A stretch of DNA of 59,332 nt from Fastidiosipila sp. (GTDB taxonomy: Bacteria > Bacillota > Clostridia > Saccharofermentanales > DTU023): assembly GCA_012837885.1 (NCBI GenBank), contig DUQI01000051.1, forward strand, positions 1-59,332, in the 5' to 3' direction. Below the pieces are notes generated by a model. The model was not told where the DNA came from, searched no databases, and saw only the letters and a list, made by a program, of their open reading frames with translations. This document shows, in pieces, positions 17,849 to 27,196 of the stretch. Both the position numbers and the translations under genes were made by a program. Positions within the stretch are counted from its first letter, which is position 1; each line of letters opens with the position of its first letter.

Positions 17849-18912
17849 AGAAAGAACTATGGAAAGGCAATGAAGCGATTGCCGAAGCCGCCATCCGTGC
17901 CGGCTGCCGCCATTTCTTCGGCTATCCGATCACACCGCAAAACGAGATTCCGGAATACATGTCGCTTCACATGCCGAAAGTCGGCGGTGTCTTCGTTCAG
18001 GCGGAATCGGAAGTCGCCGCGATAAACATGGTTTACGGCGCGGCGGGCTCCGGCGCCCGAGTGATGACATCTTCTTCCTCTCCAGGCATCAGCCTGAAAC
18101 AAGAAGGCATCTCCTATCTGGCCGGTGCCGAACTCCCCTGCCTGATCGTCAACATCATGCGCGGCGGACCGGGTCTCGGCACGATCCAGCCGGCGCAGGC
18201 CGACTATTACCAGGCGACGCGCGGCGGCGGCAACGGTGACTACCGGGTGATCGTCCTCGCACCGGCGACGATCCAGGAGGCATGCGATCAGGTCAGAGAC
18301 GGCTTTGATCTGGCGGACAAATACCGCATGCCGGTGATGATTCTGGCAGACGGCATGATCGGTCAGATGATGGAGGCTGTCGAATGGCACGACTCAAAAG
18401 TCGACGATCTGCCGGAAAAAGCGTGGGCGACGACCGGTACGAAAGGTCAGAGAAAACCGAATATCATCAACTCCTTGTTCATCGATCCGAACGAGAGTGA
18501 GAATCATAACCTGAAACTGAACCGCAAATACGAAGAAGTCAAAGCCAACGAAATCCGCTACGAAGCCGATATTCCGGAAGACTGTGAAGTCGTCTTCGTC
18601 GCGTACGGCACGCCGGCGAGGCTCGCCCGAGCGGCCGTGCGCGTCCTGAAGGAAGAAGGCATTAATGCCGGACTGTTCCGTCCGATCACCTTGTGGCCGT
18701 TCCCGGAACGAGAGCTTCATGAGATCGCCAAGCGAGACTCGGTCAAAGCGGTCGTCGCTGTCGAGATGAGCATGGGCCAGATGATCGACGACGTGAAGAT
18801 CGCCGTGAACGGCGTCAAACCGGTCGGATTCTGCGGCAAAGCAGGCGGTATCGTGCCGACGCCGCGCGAAGTGGCGGATGCGGCAAAAGACGCCTTGAAA
18901 GGAGCGAGATGA
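17845..18912 (+). CDS. 2-oxoacid:ferredoxin oxidoreductase alpha subunit (VOR/KOR type)
   Basis: [35 protein letters not shown] is a typical alpha-subunit N-terminus. The ORF-track upstream extension (17656) overlaps the ferredoxin gene and is discarded. Confidence 0.85.
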   Translation: [355 protein letters not shown]

Positions 18913-19658
18913 TGGCTGTTGTATATCAGAAATCGACCGGACTGACCGATGTCGAGATGCACTATTGTCCCGGCTGTACGCACGGGGTTATCCATAAACT
19001 TGTTGCCGATGCGCTGGTCGAGCTCGATCTGCTCGACAACACGGTAGGGGTCGCACCGGTCGGCTGCTCCGTGTTCGCCTACAACTATTTCAACTGCGAT
19101 ATGCACGAAGCGGCACACGGCAGAGCGCCGGCAGTCGCCACAGGCATCAAGCGTGTCTTACCGGACAACACGGTCTTCACCTATCAGGGCGACGGCGATC
19201 TGGCGGCGATCGGCACGGCCGAAGTCATCCACGCGGCGATGCGCGGTGAATCGATCACCACCATCTTCGTGAACAACGCGATCTACGGCATGACGGGCGG
19301 TCAGATGGCGCCGACGACGCTGGTCGGTCAGAAAGCGACGACGGCTCCGCTCGGACGCGATCAGGCGCATTACGGTCAGCCGCTTCACATGGCCGAGATG
19401 ATCGGTCTAATCGGCGGCGCGGCCTACAGCACGAGAGTCACCGTCGTCGACATGCCGAACATGATGAAAGCGAGAAACGCGATCAAAAAAGCGTTCCAGA
19501 TGCAGCGAGAAAAGAAGGGATTCACCTTCGTCGAAGTCCTTTCGACCTGCCCGACAAACTGGGGCTTGACGCCGGTACAGTCGTTGAGCTGGGTCAAGGA
19601 CACGATGATGCAGGAGTTCCCGCTCGGCGTCTTCAAAGACATCGATAAGAAGGAGTAG
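18909..19658 (+). CDS. 2-oxoacid:ferredoxin oxidoreductase beta subunit (TPP-binding)
   Basis: YCPGCTHG, the GDGD TPP motif (YQGDGDLAAIG), and NNAIYGMTGGQ. Confidence 0.85.
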   Translation: MMAVVYQKSTGLTDVEMHYCPGCTHGVIHKLVADALVELDLLDNTVGVAPVGCSVFAYNYFNCDMHEAAHGRAPAVATGIKRVLPDNTVFTYQGDGDLAAIGTAEVIHAAMRGESITTIFVNNAIYGMTGGQMAPTTLVGQKATTAPLGRDQAHYGQPLHMAEMIGLIGGAAYSTRVTVVDMPNMMKARNAIKKAFQMQREKKGFTFVEVLSTCPTNWGLTPVQSLSWVKDTMMQEFPLGVFKDIDKKE

Positions 19659-19660
19659 AT

Positions 19661-20230
19661 ATGACACACGAAATACTGATCTCAGGATTCGGCGGTCAAG
19701 GCGTCATGGCGATCGGCAAGACGCTCGCGGAAGCCGGTATGAAAGACGGCTATGAAGTCAGCTGGCTGCCTTCCTACGGCCCCGAGATGCGGGGTGGAAC
19801 GGCAAACTGCTCCGTCGTCATCTCGGATGAGATGATCATCTCACCGATCGTGTTGGAGCCGACCGTCCTGATCGCGATGAACGCCCCGTCACTCGATAAG
19901 TTTTTGCCGAACGTCATTCCGGGCGGCAAAGTCTTTGTCAACAGCTCGATCGTCGACAAAAAAGTCGACAGGACCGATGTCGACTCCTACTACATCCCGA
20001 CGATGGAGATGGCGCAGCATCTCGGCAACCTGCGCGTCGCCAATATGGTGATGCTCGGCGCCGTCAATGAAGTGACCGACCTTTTGGAAGAAGATACGAT
20101 CAGAGAAATGCTGAGTCTTTTGTTCACAGGATCGAAAGCCGATCTCGTCGAGCTGAACATTAACGCGCTCAGAATGGGCGCGTCCTGTGCCAACGACGAA
20201 GCCTGCATGATTAGGAGTGAAAGCCAGTGA
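19661..20230 (+). CDS. 2-oxoacid:ferredoxin oxidoreductase gamma subunit
   Basis: ILISGFGGQGV...SYGPEMRGGTANCSVVIS is the typical gamma-subunit signature. Confidence 0.85.
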   Translation: MTHEILISGFGGQGVMAIGKTLAEAGMKDGYEVSWLPSYGPEMRGGTANCSVVISDEMIISPIVLEPTVLIAMNAPSLDKFLPNVIPGGKVFVNSSIVDKKVDRTDVDSYYIPTMEMAQHLGNLRVANMVMLGAVNEVTDLLEEDTIREMLSLLFTGSKADLVELNINALRMGASCANDEACMIRSESQ

Positions 20231-21309
20231 AGATTGATTACAACATTTTAGAAGCAGCCAAACGTCCCGAGCCGACGGAAGAAAACCTTGGCTTCGGCAA
20301 AGTATTCACGCCGCATATGTTCATCATGGAGTGGGAGAAAGGCGACGGCTGGAAAAATGCGCGCATTCAACCGTTCCAGAACCTGAGTTTGAGCCCGGCT
20401 TCGACCGTGTTTCATTACGCGCAGGAGATCTTTGAAGGGATGAAAGCGTATCGCCAGGAAGGCGATCGCATCGTGTTGTTCCGTCCGACGATGAACACGG
20501 CCAGAATGAACCGCTCGGCCGTCCGTATGGCGATGCCGGAGATCCCGGAAGATTTCCATCTGGAAGCGATCAAACGCCTCGTCGATCTCGACCGCGATTA
20601 TGTGCCACACGAATTCGGCAATACCTTGTATCTCAGACCGACGATGATCGGCGACAGCCTGACCTTGGGCGCGAGCACGGCGCAGCGCTTCATCTACTAT
20701 CTGATCCTCTCGCCTTCCGGTGCCTATTATCCGCGCGGCTTGAGCCCGACCAGACTGAAGGTCGAAGAACGCTATGTGCGTGCCGTCAAAGGCGGTGTCG
20801 GCGCTTCAAAGACTGGCGGTAACTACGCCGCGAGCTTCAAAGCGACGGCCGATGCGGCCGCGGCCGGGTTTGACCAGGTCGTCTGGCTCGACGGTAAAGA
20901 GAACCGCTTCGTGCAGGAAGCCGGCGCGATGAACCTGATGTTCATGATCGACGGCAAGTTGATGACCGGTGCGCTCGACGGAGCGATTTTGCCGGGTGTG
21001 ACACGCGACAGCGTGTTGCAGATCGTGCGCGATATGGATATCGAAGTGATCGAGACCGAGATCGATATCAATGACATCAAAAAGTGGGCGAAAGAAGGAA
21101 AGCTGACCGAAGCATTCGGCACCGGAACGGCTGCCGCTATTTCGCCGATCGGTGAGATTCACTACGACGGTGAAGCGATCATCCCGGGCGACGGCCAGAT
21201 CGGGAAGATGGCCCAGCATCTCTACGATACGCTGCTCGGCACACAATACGGCAAGATCGCAGACCGCTACGGCTGGATCGAAGAGGTTCCGGTCTACGAG
21301 GATCGCTGA
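20227..21309 (+). CDS. ilvE: branched-chain amino acid aminotransferase
   Basis: GTG start overlapping the upstream stop (GTGA), with AGGAGTG RBS. Motifs FHYAQEIFEGMKAY, KTGGNYAAS and GTGTAA are characteristic of ~360-aa IlvE. Confidence 0.9.
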   Translation: MKIDYNILEAAKRPEPTEENLGFGKVFTPHMFIMEWEKGDGWKNARIQPFQNLSLSPASTVFHYAQEIFEGMKAYRQEGDRIVLFRPTMNTARMNRSAVRMAMPEIPEDFHLEAIKRLVDLDRDYVPHEFGNTLYLRPTMIGDSLTLGASTAQRFIYYLILSPSGAYYPRGLSPTRLKVEERYVRAVKGGVGASKTGGNYAASFKATADAAAAGFDQVVWLDGKENRFVQEAGAMNLMFMIDGKLMTGALDGAILPGVTRDSVLQIVRDMDIEVIETEIDINDIKKWAKEGKLTEAFGTGTAAAISPIGEIHYDGEAIIPGDGQIGKMAQHLYDTLLGTQYGKIADRYGWIEEVPVYEDR

Positions 21310-21331
21310 TCAAACGAAAAAGGTAACCTTT

Positions 21332-21361
21332 AGGAGCGGCCGCCTGGCCGCTCCTTTTTTA
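21332..21361 (+). terminator. rho-independent terminator ending the ptb-ilvE operon
   Basis: 10-bp stem aggagcggcc/ggccgctcct, loop gcct, followed by T6. Confidence 0.8.
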
Positions 21362-21410
21362 TGAGAAAAATCTGCTATGATCACGTTATTATGGAGACGA
21401 GGGAAAAGCG

Positions 21411-22340
21411 ATGAGTAACGCGTTGATCATCACCGAACAGGTCGCTGTGATGCTCTTATTGATCGCCTGCGGCTACCTGATCGTGAAGATCAAATGGCTC
21501 GGTCAGGCCGGCATTGAGGATCTAAACCAGATCCTGCTCTATCTTGTCATGCCGCTGATGGTCATCGAGTTGTTAAACAAACCGCATCAGCCGGAACATA
21601 CCACGAATCTTTTACTGGCGCTCGGCTTTGCCTTCATCGCTCATCTTCTCGGCATCTGGTTGTCGAAAGCGTTTTTCTTTAAAGAGGTGCCGGACGCCAA
21701 GGCGGTGCTACGCTCGGCCTCCGTCCTCTCGAACTCCGGTTTCATGTCGATCCCGCTCGTCGACAAACTGGTCGGCTCGGAAGGCACGCTTTATCTGGTG
21801 CCCTATCTTCTGATCTTCTATGTGATGACCTGGACCTTCGGCATCCGCACGATGGAACCGGGCAGTCGTCAGCCGTCTTTCAAAAAGCTGCTCTTAAACC
21901 CGACGATCATAGCGATTACGCTCGGTCTTATCATGTATGTCGCAGGCTTTACCCTGCCAGGTCCGCTCTCGCAGGTCGTCTCCTCGCTGGCTGCGACGAA
22001 CACGCCGTTTGCGATGCTTCTGATCGGCGCCCAGATCGCCATGATGCGTCCGTCATTTAAACCGTCGACATCCGTCTGGAAGCTGATCGCGGTAAGAAAC
22101 GTCTTGATCCCGCTCATCCTGCTGCCTATCATCCTGGCGTTAACCGACAACAAAGCGTTGATCTACGGGGCAATCATCCCGGCGGCAGCGCCGACGGCAG
22201 CGACCGTCGTCTTGTTCGCCACACGTTTCAAGCGGGATATCAAACTGGCGACCGAAACGCTGTTTCACACGACGATTTGGTCGATCGTCACCCTTTCGGG
22301 TATCGTATGGTTGACTGAATTACTGATCGGAGTGATTTGA
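21411..22340 (+). CDS. AEC (auxin efflux carrier) family transporter
   Basis: 309 aa, ~10 TM helices, typical AEC pattern (LLNPTIIAITLGLIM...). Confidence 0.7.
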   Translation: MSNALIITEQVAVMLLLIACGYLIVKIKWLGQAGIEDLNQILLYLVMPLMVIELLNKPHQPEHTTNLLLALGFAFIAHLLGIWLSKAFFFKEVPDAKAVLRSASVLSNSGFMSIPLVDKLVGSEGTLYLVPYLLIFYVMTWTFGIRTMEPGSRQPSFKKLLLNPTIIAITLGLIMYVAGFTLPGPLSQVVSSLAATNTPFAMLLIGAQIAMMRPSFKPSTSVWKLIAVRNVLIPLILLPIILALTDNKALIYGAIIPAAAPTAATVVLFATRFKRDIKLATETLFHTTIWSIVTLSGIVWLTELLIGVI

Positions 22341-23416
22341 TGCCGGCTTTTAATCAATTAGCGACCCTTTTGAGCAAAGAAGCGGAAATGGTGAACGCTT
22401 TTTTCAAAAACTTCTCTGTCTCCGCCATGGTCTTTCTCGGCATCACGATTCTACTTTTTTTCTTCCGCCGCTATCCGGCCACCTGGATCGCCCATCTCCT
22501 GGTCGCCAGAAAGAAAAAACACCATCCGAAAGAAGCAAAACTGGCAGCCGGTAAAATGATGCCGGCGATTGGCTGGCTGTTGACGGCGCTCTCGTTGTCG
22601 ATCACGGTTGAGCTTTTACCGCCTCTGCCCCGCTTCAACGACATCTTCGACAAACTGATCACGTCTCTATTAGTCGCCGCCATCTTCTACTTTCTCTATA
22701 AGCTGACCGGCCTCATCTGGCTCTGGCTGAAACCGAACGATCAGGTGGAAGCGGCATCGAAAAAGAGCGCCCGACAGTATCTCGGAGCGGCGCTTCGGAT
22801 CGTCATCTTGATCCTCGGCATCCTCTCTTTGCTGGCCGTATGGATCAAAAACATCGCTGGCGTCGTCGCCGGACTCGGTATCGGCGGTCTGGCCGTCGCC
22901 CTGGCGGCGCAGGATACACTGGCGAACTTCATCGGCAGTCTGGCGATCATGTTCGACCATCCGTTCGTACTCGGCGACTATGTTTCGACGCCGGAGTTCG
23001 AAGGCACGGTGACCAGAATCGGGCTGCGCAGCAGCCAATTGAGACGGCCCGACCGCACGATCATCCATGTGCCGAACAAGAAACTGGCCGACTCCGTGAT
23101 CGCCAACCTGAGTCAGCGCAGCGAAAGACGTGTCGACAACATCCTCTTCATCGCTCTCGACAATGAACCGACCGCGATTCATGCCTTCATGGATGAGCTC
23201 TCCGAGATGATCAAAAACGATGAAGACGTGAAAAACAAGGAAGGGTGTGTCGTCGACATCGAACAGTTCACGGAACGGGCGATCGCCATCCGTGTCCGCT
23301 TCTTCACGGTCGAAGATTACAATGAAATGCTGATCGTCTCCGGACGTATAAACAAAATCACTTTGGAACTTGCGGCAAAGCACGGCATCAAGCTGCCTCG
23401 CATCCCACTTGAATAA
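22340..23416 (+). CDS. MscS-family mechanosensitive channel
   Basis: The pore helix and beta-domain signature AAQDTLANFIGSLAIMFDHPFVLGDYV...GTVTRIGLRSSQLRRPDRTIIHVPN is present. ATG 22340 overlaps the upstream TGA; the ORF-track start is TTG at 22337. Confidence 0.8.
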   Translation: MPAFNQLATLLSKEAEMVNAFFKNFSVSAMVFLGITILLFFFRRYPATWIAHLLVARKKKHHPKEAKLAAGKMMPAIGWLLTALSLSITVELLPPLPRFNDIFDKLITSLLVAAIFYFLYKLTGLIWLWLKPNDQVEAASKKSARQYLGAALRIVILILGILSLLAVWIKNIAGVVAGLGIGGLAVALAAQDTLANFIGSLAIMFDHPFVLGDYVSTPEFEGTVTRIGLRSSQLRRPDRTIIHVPNKKLADSVIANLSQRSERRVDNILFIALDNEPTAIHAFMDELSEMIKNDEDVKNKEGCVVDIEQFTERAIAIRVRFFTVEDYNEMLIVSGRINKITLELAAKHGIKLPRIPLE

Positions 23417-23428
23417 GGAAGGAACATT

Positions 23429-24646
23429 ATGGATCTATTACTCGACCGATTCTTACGCTACATCGCAGTAGAGACGAGAGCGAACCCGGACGCCACGAAG
23501 ACGCCATCGAGCGAAGGCCAGCTGACCTTGGCCGAACTGCTGGCGGATGAACTGCGCTCACTCGAATTAGACGACGTGAACGTCGACCAATACGGTTATG
23601 TGACGGCGCGTCTGCCCGGCAATCAGGGTGACCTCGTACCGGCGATCGCCCTGATCGCGCATCTCGATACGGCTCCCGATCTGTCCGGACTAAACGAAGA
23701 AGTCAACACCTTCGTCTACGAAGGCGGCGACATCACACTGCAGTCGGGCAGTGTAATCAGTGAAACCGATATCCCGCAATTAAAGAACATGGTCGGCGAG
23801 ACGCTGATCACGACGAAAGGCGATACGTTGCTCGGTGCCGATAACAAAGCCGGTATCGCGATCGTCATGTCGGCAGTCGATCGACTAAGGAAAAAGGATG
23901 ATCCGCGAGGCGACGTCATGGTCGTTTTCACGCCGGACGAAGAGATCGGCCACGGCGCAGACCTGCTCGATCTCGAGCAGCTCGGTGCCCGTTTCGCGTT
24001 CACGATCGACGGCGGCGAGCTGGGCGAGTTTGAGACGGAGAATTTCAACGCCGCTTCCGTCAAAGTCGACATCCAGGGACGTATCACGCATCCCGGCAGT
24101 GCCAAGGGGTTGATGGTCAACGCCGGCCTGATCGCGTCTGAATTTGTCTCCATGCTCCCTGCCGGCCAACGGCCGGAGCTGACCGCGGATCGTGAAGGCT
24201 TCATCATGCTCGACAAGATCGACGCCTCGATCGACGAAGCGACCTTGAGCCTGATCATCCGCGATCATGACAAGACACGGTTTGCCGAGAAGAAGGCCGT
24301 CATCGAAGAAGCCGTTCGTTACCTGAACAAAAAACACGGCGAGCGCATCCGACTGACGATCGAAGATCAGTACCAGAATATGGCTGAGGTTCTGGTCGAC
24401 CATCCTTACATCGAGGAGCTCGCCTTGGAGGCGATGGCAGACGAAGGCGTCACACCGCTTCGCGTACCGATCCGGGGTGGAACCGACGGTGCCCGCCTGA
24501 CCTTGCGCGGCCTCCCCTGTCCGAATCTGTTCACCGGTGGCTATAACTTCCACAGTAAGACAGAGTTCGCCTCGCTCGATCAGATGCGAAAAGCGGTCGA
24601 TGTGGTGACCAGAATCATCCTGAATGCCGCGAATAAAGCATGGTAG
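23429..24646 (+). CDS. pepT: peptidase T (tripeptide aminopeptidase, M20B)
   Basis: LLDRFLRYIAVETRANPD..., IAHLDTAPD, GADNKAGIA and TPDEEIG motifs. AAGGAAGG RBS. Confidence 0.9.
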   Translation: MDLLLDRFLRYIAVETRANPDATKTPSSEGQLTLAELLADELRSLELDDVNVDQYGYVTARLPGNQGDLVPAIALIAHLDTAPDLSGLNEEVNTFVYEGGDITLQSGSVISETDIPQLKNMVGETLITTKGDTLLGADNKAGIAIVMSAVDRLRKKDDPRGDVMVVFTPDEEIGHGADLLDLEQLGARFAFTIDGGELGEFETENFNAASVKVDIQGRITHPGSAKGLMVNAGLIASEFVSMLPAGQRPELTADREGFIMLDKIDASIDEATLSLIIRDHDKTRFAEKKAVIEEAVRYLNKKHGERIRLTIEDQYQNMAEVLVDHPYIEELALEAMADEGVTPLRVPIRGGTDGARLTLRGLPCPNLFTGGYNFHSKTEFASLDQMRKAVDVVTRIILNAANKAW

Positions 24647-24686
24647 TCCGATACTAGCCAAGCATTAAACGTAAAATAGTGCACAT

Positions 24687-24720
24687 AAAAGAACGGTCGG
24701 GAATCCCCGACCGTTCTTTT
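24687..24720. terminator. bidirectional terminator between pepT and the convergent small membrane gene
   Basis: 11-bp stem gaacggtcggg/cccgaccgttc, loop aatc, flanked by AAAA and TTTT. Confidence 0.7.
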
Positions 24721-24737
24721 GATATAGACCATTGTCG

Positions 24738-25061
24738 TTAGCTGAGTCTTGCTTCTTCGTTCTTGATCTCCCAGTGGATAAGGAACGTCAAGGCCGCGCG
24801 TAAGAGAATAATCGCACCGAGAATCATCAGTTCCGACCACTCGTGGACGACGACCGTTCTGAGCACCTCACCGCCCACCTTGAATTCAAGAGCGTAGGCC
24901 AGACCTTGCGCCAGTTTCAAACGGATATGTTCGTCCTTCATGAACATGCCGATGACGGAACGTACGCCGGTCACGAGCACGATGCAGACGCCGATCAGTT
25001 CCATGATCAGCATGCCGTACTGCACGAGCGTCGTCAGTACCTGATGCAGAAAATCTAACAT
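24738..25061 (-). CDS. small membrane protein, DUF1622-like (family name from memory)
   Basis: 107 aa with 3 predicted TM helices. AAGGAG RBS 5 nt upstream. Confidence 0.5.
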   Translation of the reverse strand: MLDFLHQVLTTLVQYGMLIMELIGVCIVLVTGVRSVIGMFMKDEHIRLKLAQGLAYALEFKVGGEVLRTVVVHEWSELMILGAIILLRAALTFLIHWEIKNEEARLS

Positions 25062-25199
25062 ACTATCTCCTTCGAAAGATCAATCCTTCCTTGAAGCATA
25101 ATCCTCATTGACGATTAGTTCAAGCGCCGAAAACGCTTGCACTACGCACCACAGCGCCTTTTCGGCGAAGTGTGAAGAAAAATGATCCGCACCACAAAA

Positions 25200-25213
25200 T
25201 TGATTCTAATCAA
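25200..25213. promoter_or_regulatory. perfect 6-2-6 inverted repeat TTGATTctAATCAA upstream of the DUF438 gene (candidate operator)
   Basis: Palindrome ~58-71 nt upstream of ATG 25271, AT-rich, loosely Fur/PerR-box-like. Confidence 0.3.
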
Positions 25214-25270
25214 TGTATGTTCGAAACGTAAAAACTACAATACAGTCAGCAAATGAAATGGAGTGTCAAG

Positions 25271-26476
25271 ATGAACACAGAATTTGATCATAAAAAAGCA
25301 GAACTGAAGTCCCTGATCGAGCGCTTGCATGACGGCGAGGACACGGAGCTTGTCAAAGCCGACTTTAAAGCGAAGTTTGGCGAGATCCAAAGCTCGGAGT
25401 TGTCGGCCGTCGAAGACGCCCTGATCGCCGACGGCATGCCGGTCGAAGAGATCACCCGTCTGTGCAGTATTCATGCCGACGTATTCGCCGACAATATTTT
25501 GAGCCAGCCGAATGCTCCGAGCGAGCGTCCCGGTCACCCGGCGTTTGTTTTCAAAGCCGAAAACCAGGGGCTGACGGAACATATCGAAAAGAAGGTCAAA
25601 CCGGCCGTCGAAGCCGACGATACGGTCGCCTTTTTAGACGCGCTGAAGACGCTGCAGAAAGTGCATACACACTATCAAAGGAAGGAAAACATCTTCTTCC
25701 CGCTGCTTGAAAAACACGGCGTGTACGGCCCGCCGAAAGTGATGTGGAACGTCGACGATGAAATTCGCGAAGAATTGAAGTCGCTCTATGAAAAGGTACA
25801 GTACGACGGCTCGCCGAAGCGTCATGAAAAAGATATTGAAATCGCCCTGGCCAACGTCTTGTCGATGGTGACGAAGGAAAACAACATCTTGATCCCGATG
25901 CTCGAAGAACATCTTTCGCACGACGAGTGGCTGTTGGCCGCGAACGAATCGGCCGAAATCGGCTACGTCTTTTCCGGCGGGATCGAAGGCGGTTCGCCGT
26001 CCGATGCGATCGACTGGGCGAGAAGGCACGCCGGATCCGGTTCGGAGCCGGTTCCACAAAAAACGACGTCCTCAGAGATTACTCTGCCGAGCGGTCACTT
26101 CACGAAAGAGACGCTGACCGCCATGCTGAACGCGCTGCCGATCGATCTGACCTTCGTCGGCGCCGATGACAAGGTGGCGTTCTTCTCCGAGACGAAGGAC
26201 CGGATATTCCCGAGAACCAGGACGATCATCGGGCGTGAAGTGGCCAACTGCCACCCGCAAAAGAGCCTGCACGTCGTCGAGACCCTGATCAATCAGTTCA
26301 AGTCGGGAGAAAAAGACAGTGAGACCTTCTGGATTCAGCAAGGCGGCGCTTTCATCCTGATCCGTTATTTCGCGGTCCGAGACGAAAACGGTAAATATCT
26401 GGGCGTCGTCGAGACGACCGAGAATATCGCACCGTTTAGGGCACTGGAAGGCAATAAAACGCTTATGGACGAATAG
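25271..26476 (+). CDS. DUF438 protein (hemerythrin-like plus PAS-like C-terminal domain)
   Basis: The N-terminus KKAELKSLIERLHDGEDTELVKADFKAKFGEIQSSELSAVEDALIADGMPVEEITRLCSIHADVF is the typical DUF438 opening. Start set at ATG 25271 (GGAGTG RBS). Confidence 0.75.
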   Translation: MNTEFDHKKAELKSLIERLHDGEDTELVKADFKAKFGEIQSSELSAVEDALIADGMPVEEITRLCSIHADVFADNILSQPNAPSERPGHPAFVFKAENQGLTEHIEKKVKPAVEADDTVAFLDALKTLQKVHTHYQRKENIFFPLLEKHGVYGPPKVMWNVDDEIREELKSLYEKVQYDGSPKRHEKDIEIALANVLSMVTKENNILIPMLEEHLSHDEWLLAANESAEIGYVFSGGIEGGSPSDAIDWARRHAGSGSEPVPQKTTSSEITLPSGHFTKETLTAMLNALPIDLTFVGADDKVAFFSETKDRIFPRTRTIIGREVANCHPQKSLHVVETLINQFKSGEKDSETFWIQQGGAFILIRYFAVRDENGKYLGVVETTENIAPFRALEGNKTLMDE

Positions 26477-26509
26477 CAGCGAGTACGGTGTAAAGATCGT
26501 CGCCGTGTC
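26430..26509 (+). repeat. left copy of 80-bp direct repeat (3' ends of DUF438 gene and methyltransferase-like ORF)
   Basis: 77/80 identical to 29409-29488. Mismatches at 26440, 26478 and 26497. Confidence 0.9.
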
Positions 26510-26750
26510 TTTTTGAAATAGCCATCACAAGCCGCCCTTTAATATGGAAGTACGCATGTGGCTTCACGTGGGGCGGCTTTTCGATATCGGACAAATTCAA
26601 AGAAGATTGTATATCTTCTACTTTAGCCTTGCGGGTGTATGAGTGCTGAGCAACCGCATGCTGGCCGTCTCGTTCGTTGAACGTATGGGATTCAGAATTC
26701 GGATGCTTCAGAAAAACGCAATTTTCTTCACGGCTAAAGAACTCAATCAC
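26463..26750 (-). CDS. orf95, hypothetical; possibly a 3' remnant of a diverged methyltransferase gene
   Basis: GTG start overlapping the arsC2 stop (GTGA). The last 14 residues (HGDDLYTVLAAIRP) lie in the direct repeat and match the C-terminus of the 29442-30173 methyltransferase. Similarity further upstream is weak. Confidence 0.3.
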   Translation of the reverse strand: MIEFFSREENCVFLKHPNSESHTFNERDGQHAVAQHSYTRKAKVEDIQSSLNLSDIEKPPHVKPHAYFHIKGRLVMAISKRHGDDLYTVLAAIRP

Positions 26751-27196
26751 GACACTTTTAAGACGCGTATCATTTCTTCAATCCGCACACGGATGTCGTC
26801 TCGTATTCTTCGCACACCTTGAATGATCTCACTTTCATCGCCAGTCAATTGGGCGGGATCTGGGAAACTCCAAATCAAGGTGAGACAAGCGGAGGGGAAT
26901 ACCGGACATTGCTGACCGGCTGATTCATCACAGACTTTGATCACCAAGTCATATTGACGATTCTCTTTGAAAAAGTCGAATACGGAATCAACGCTGTTTT
27001 GGCTGATGTCATAGCCTATCTCGTCCATAACCTTGATCACATAAGGATTGAGCGTTCCTTTTGAGATCCCCGCACTTTCCGCGGTGAATTGCCCCTTCCC
27101 CAGTTCATTTAACAATGCTTCAGCCATCTGGCTTCGAGCCGAGTTTTGTACGCACACAAATAACACGCTTAACATATTAATTTCCTTTCTCGTCAT
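26747..27196 (-). CDS. LMW-PTP family arsenate reductase-like protein (second copy)
   Basis: CX5R P-loop (CVQNSARS) near the N-terminus plus downstream Cys residues (KVCDESAGQQCP). The ATG overlaps the acr3 stop (ATGA). Confidence 0.7.
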   Translation of the reverse strand: MTRKEINMLSVLFVCVQNSARSQMAEALLNELGKGQFTAESAGISKGTLNPYVIKVMDEIGYDISQNSVDSVFDFFKENRQYDLVIKVCDESAGQQCPVFPSACLTLIWSFPDPAQLTGDESEIIQGVRRIRDDIRVRIEEMIRVLKVS

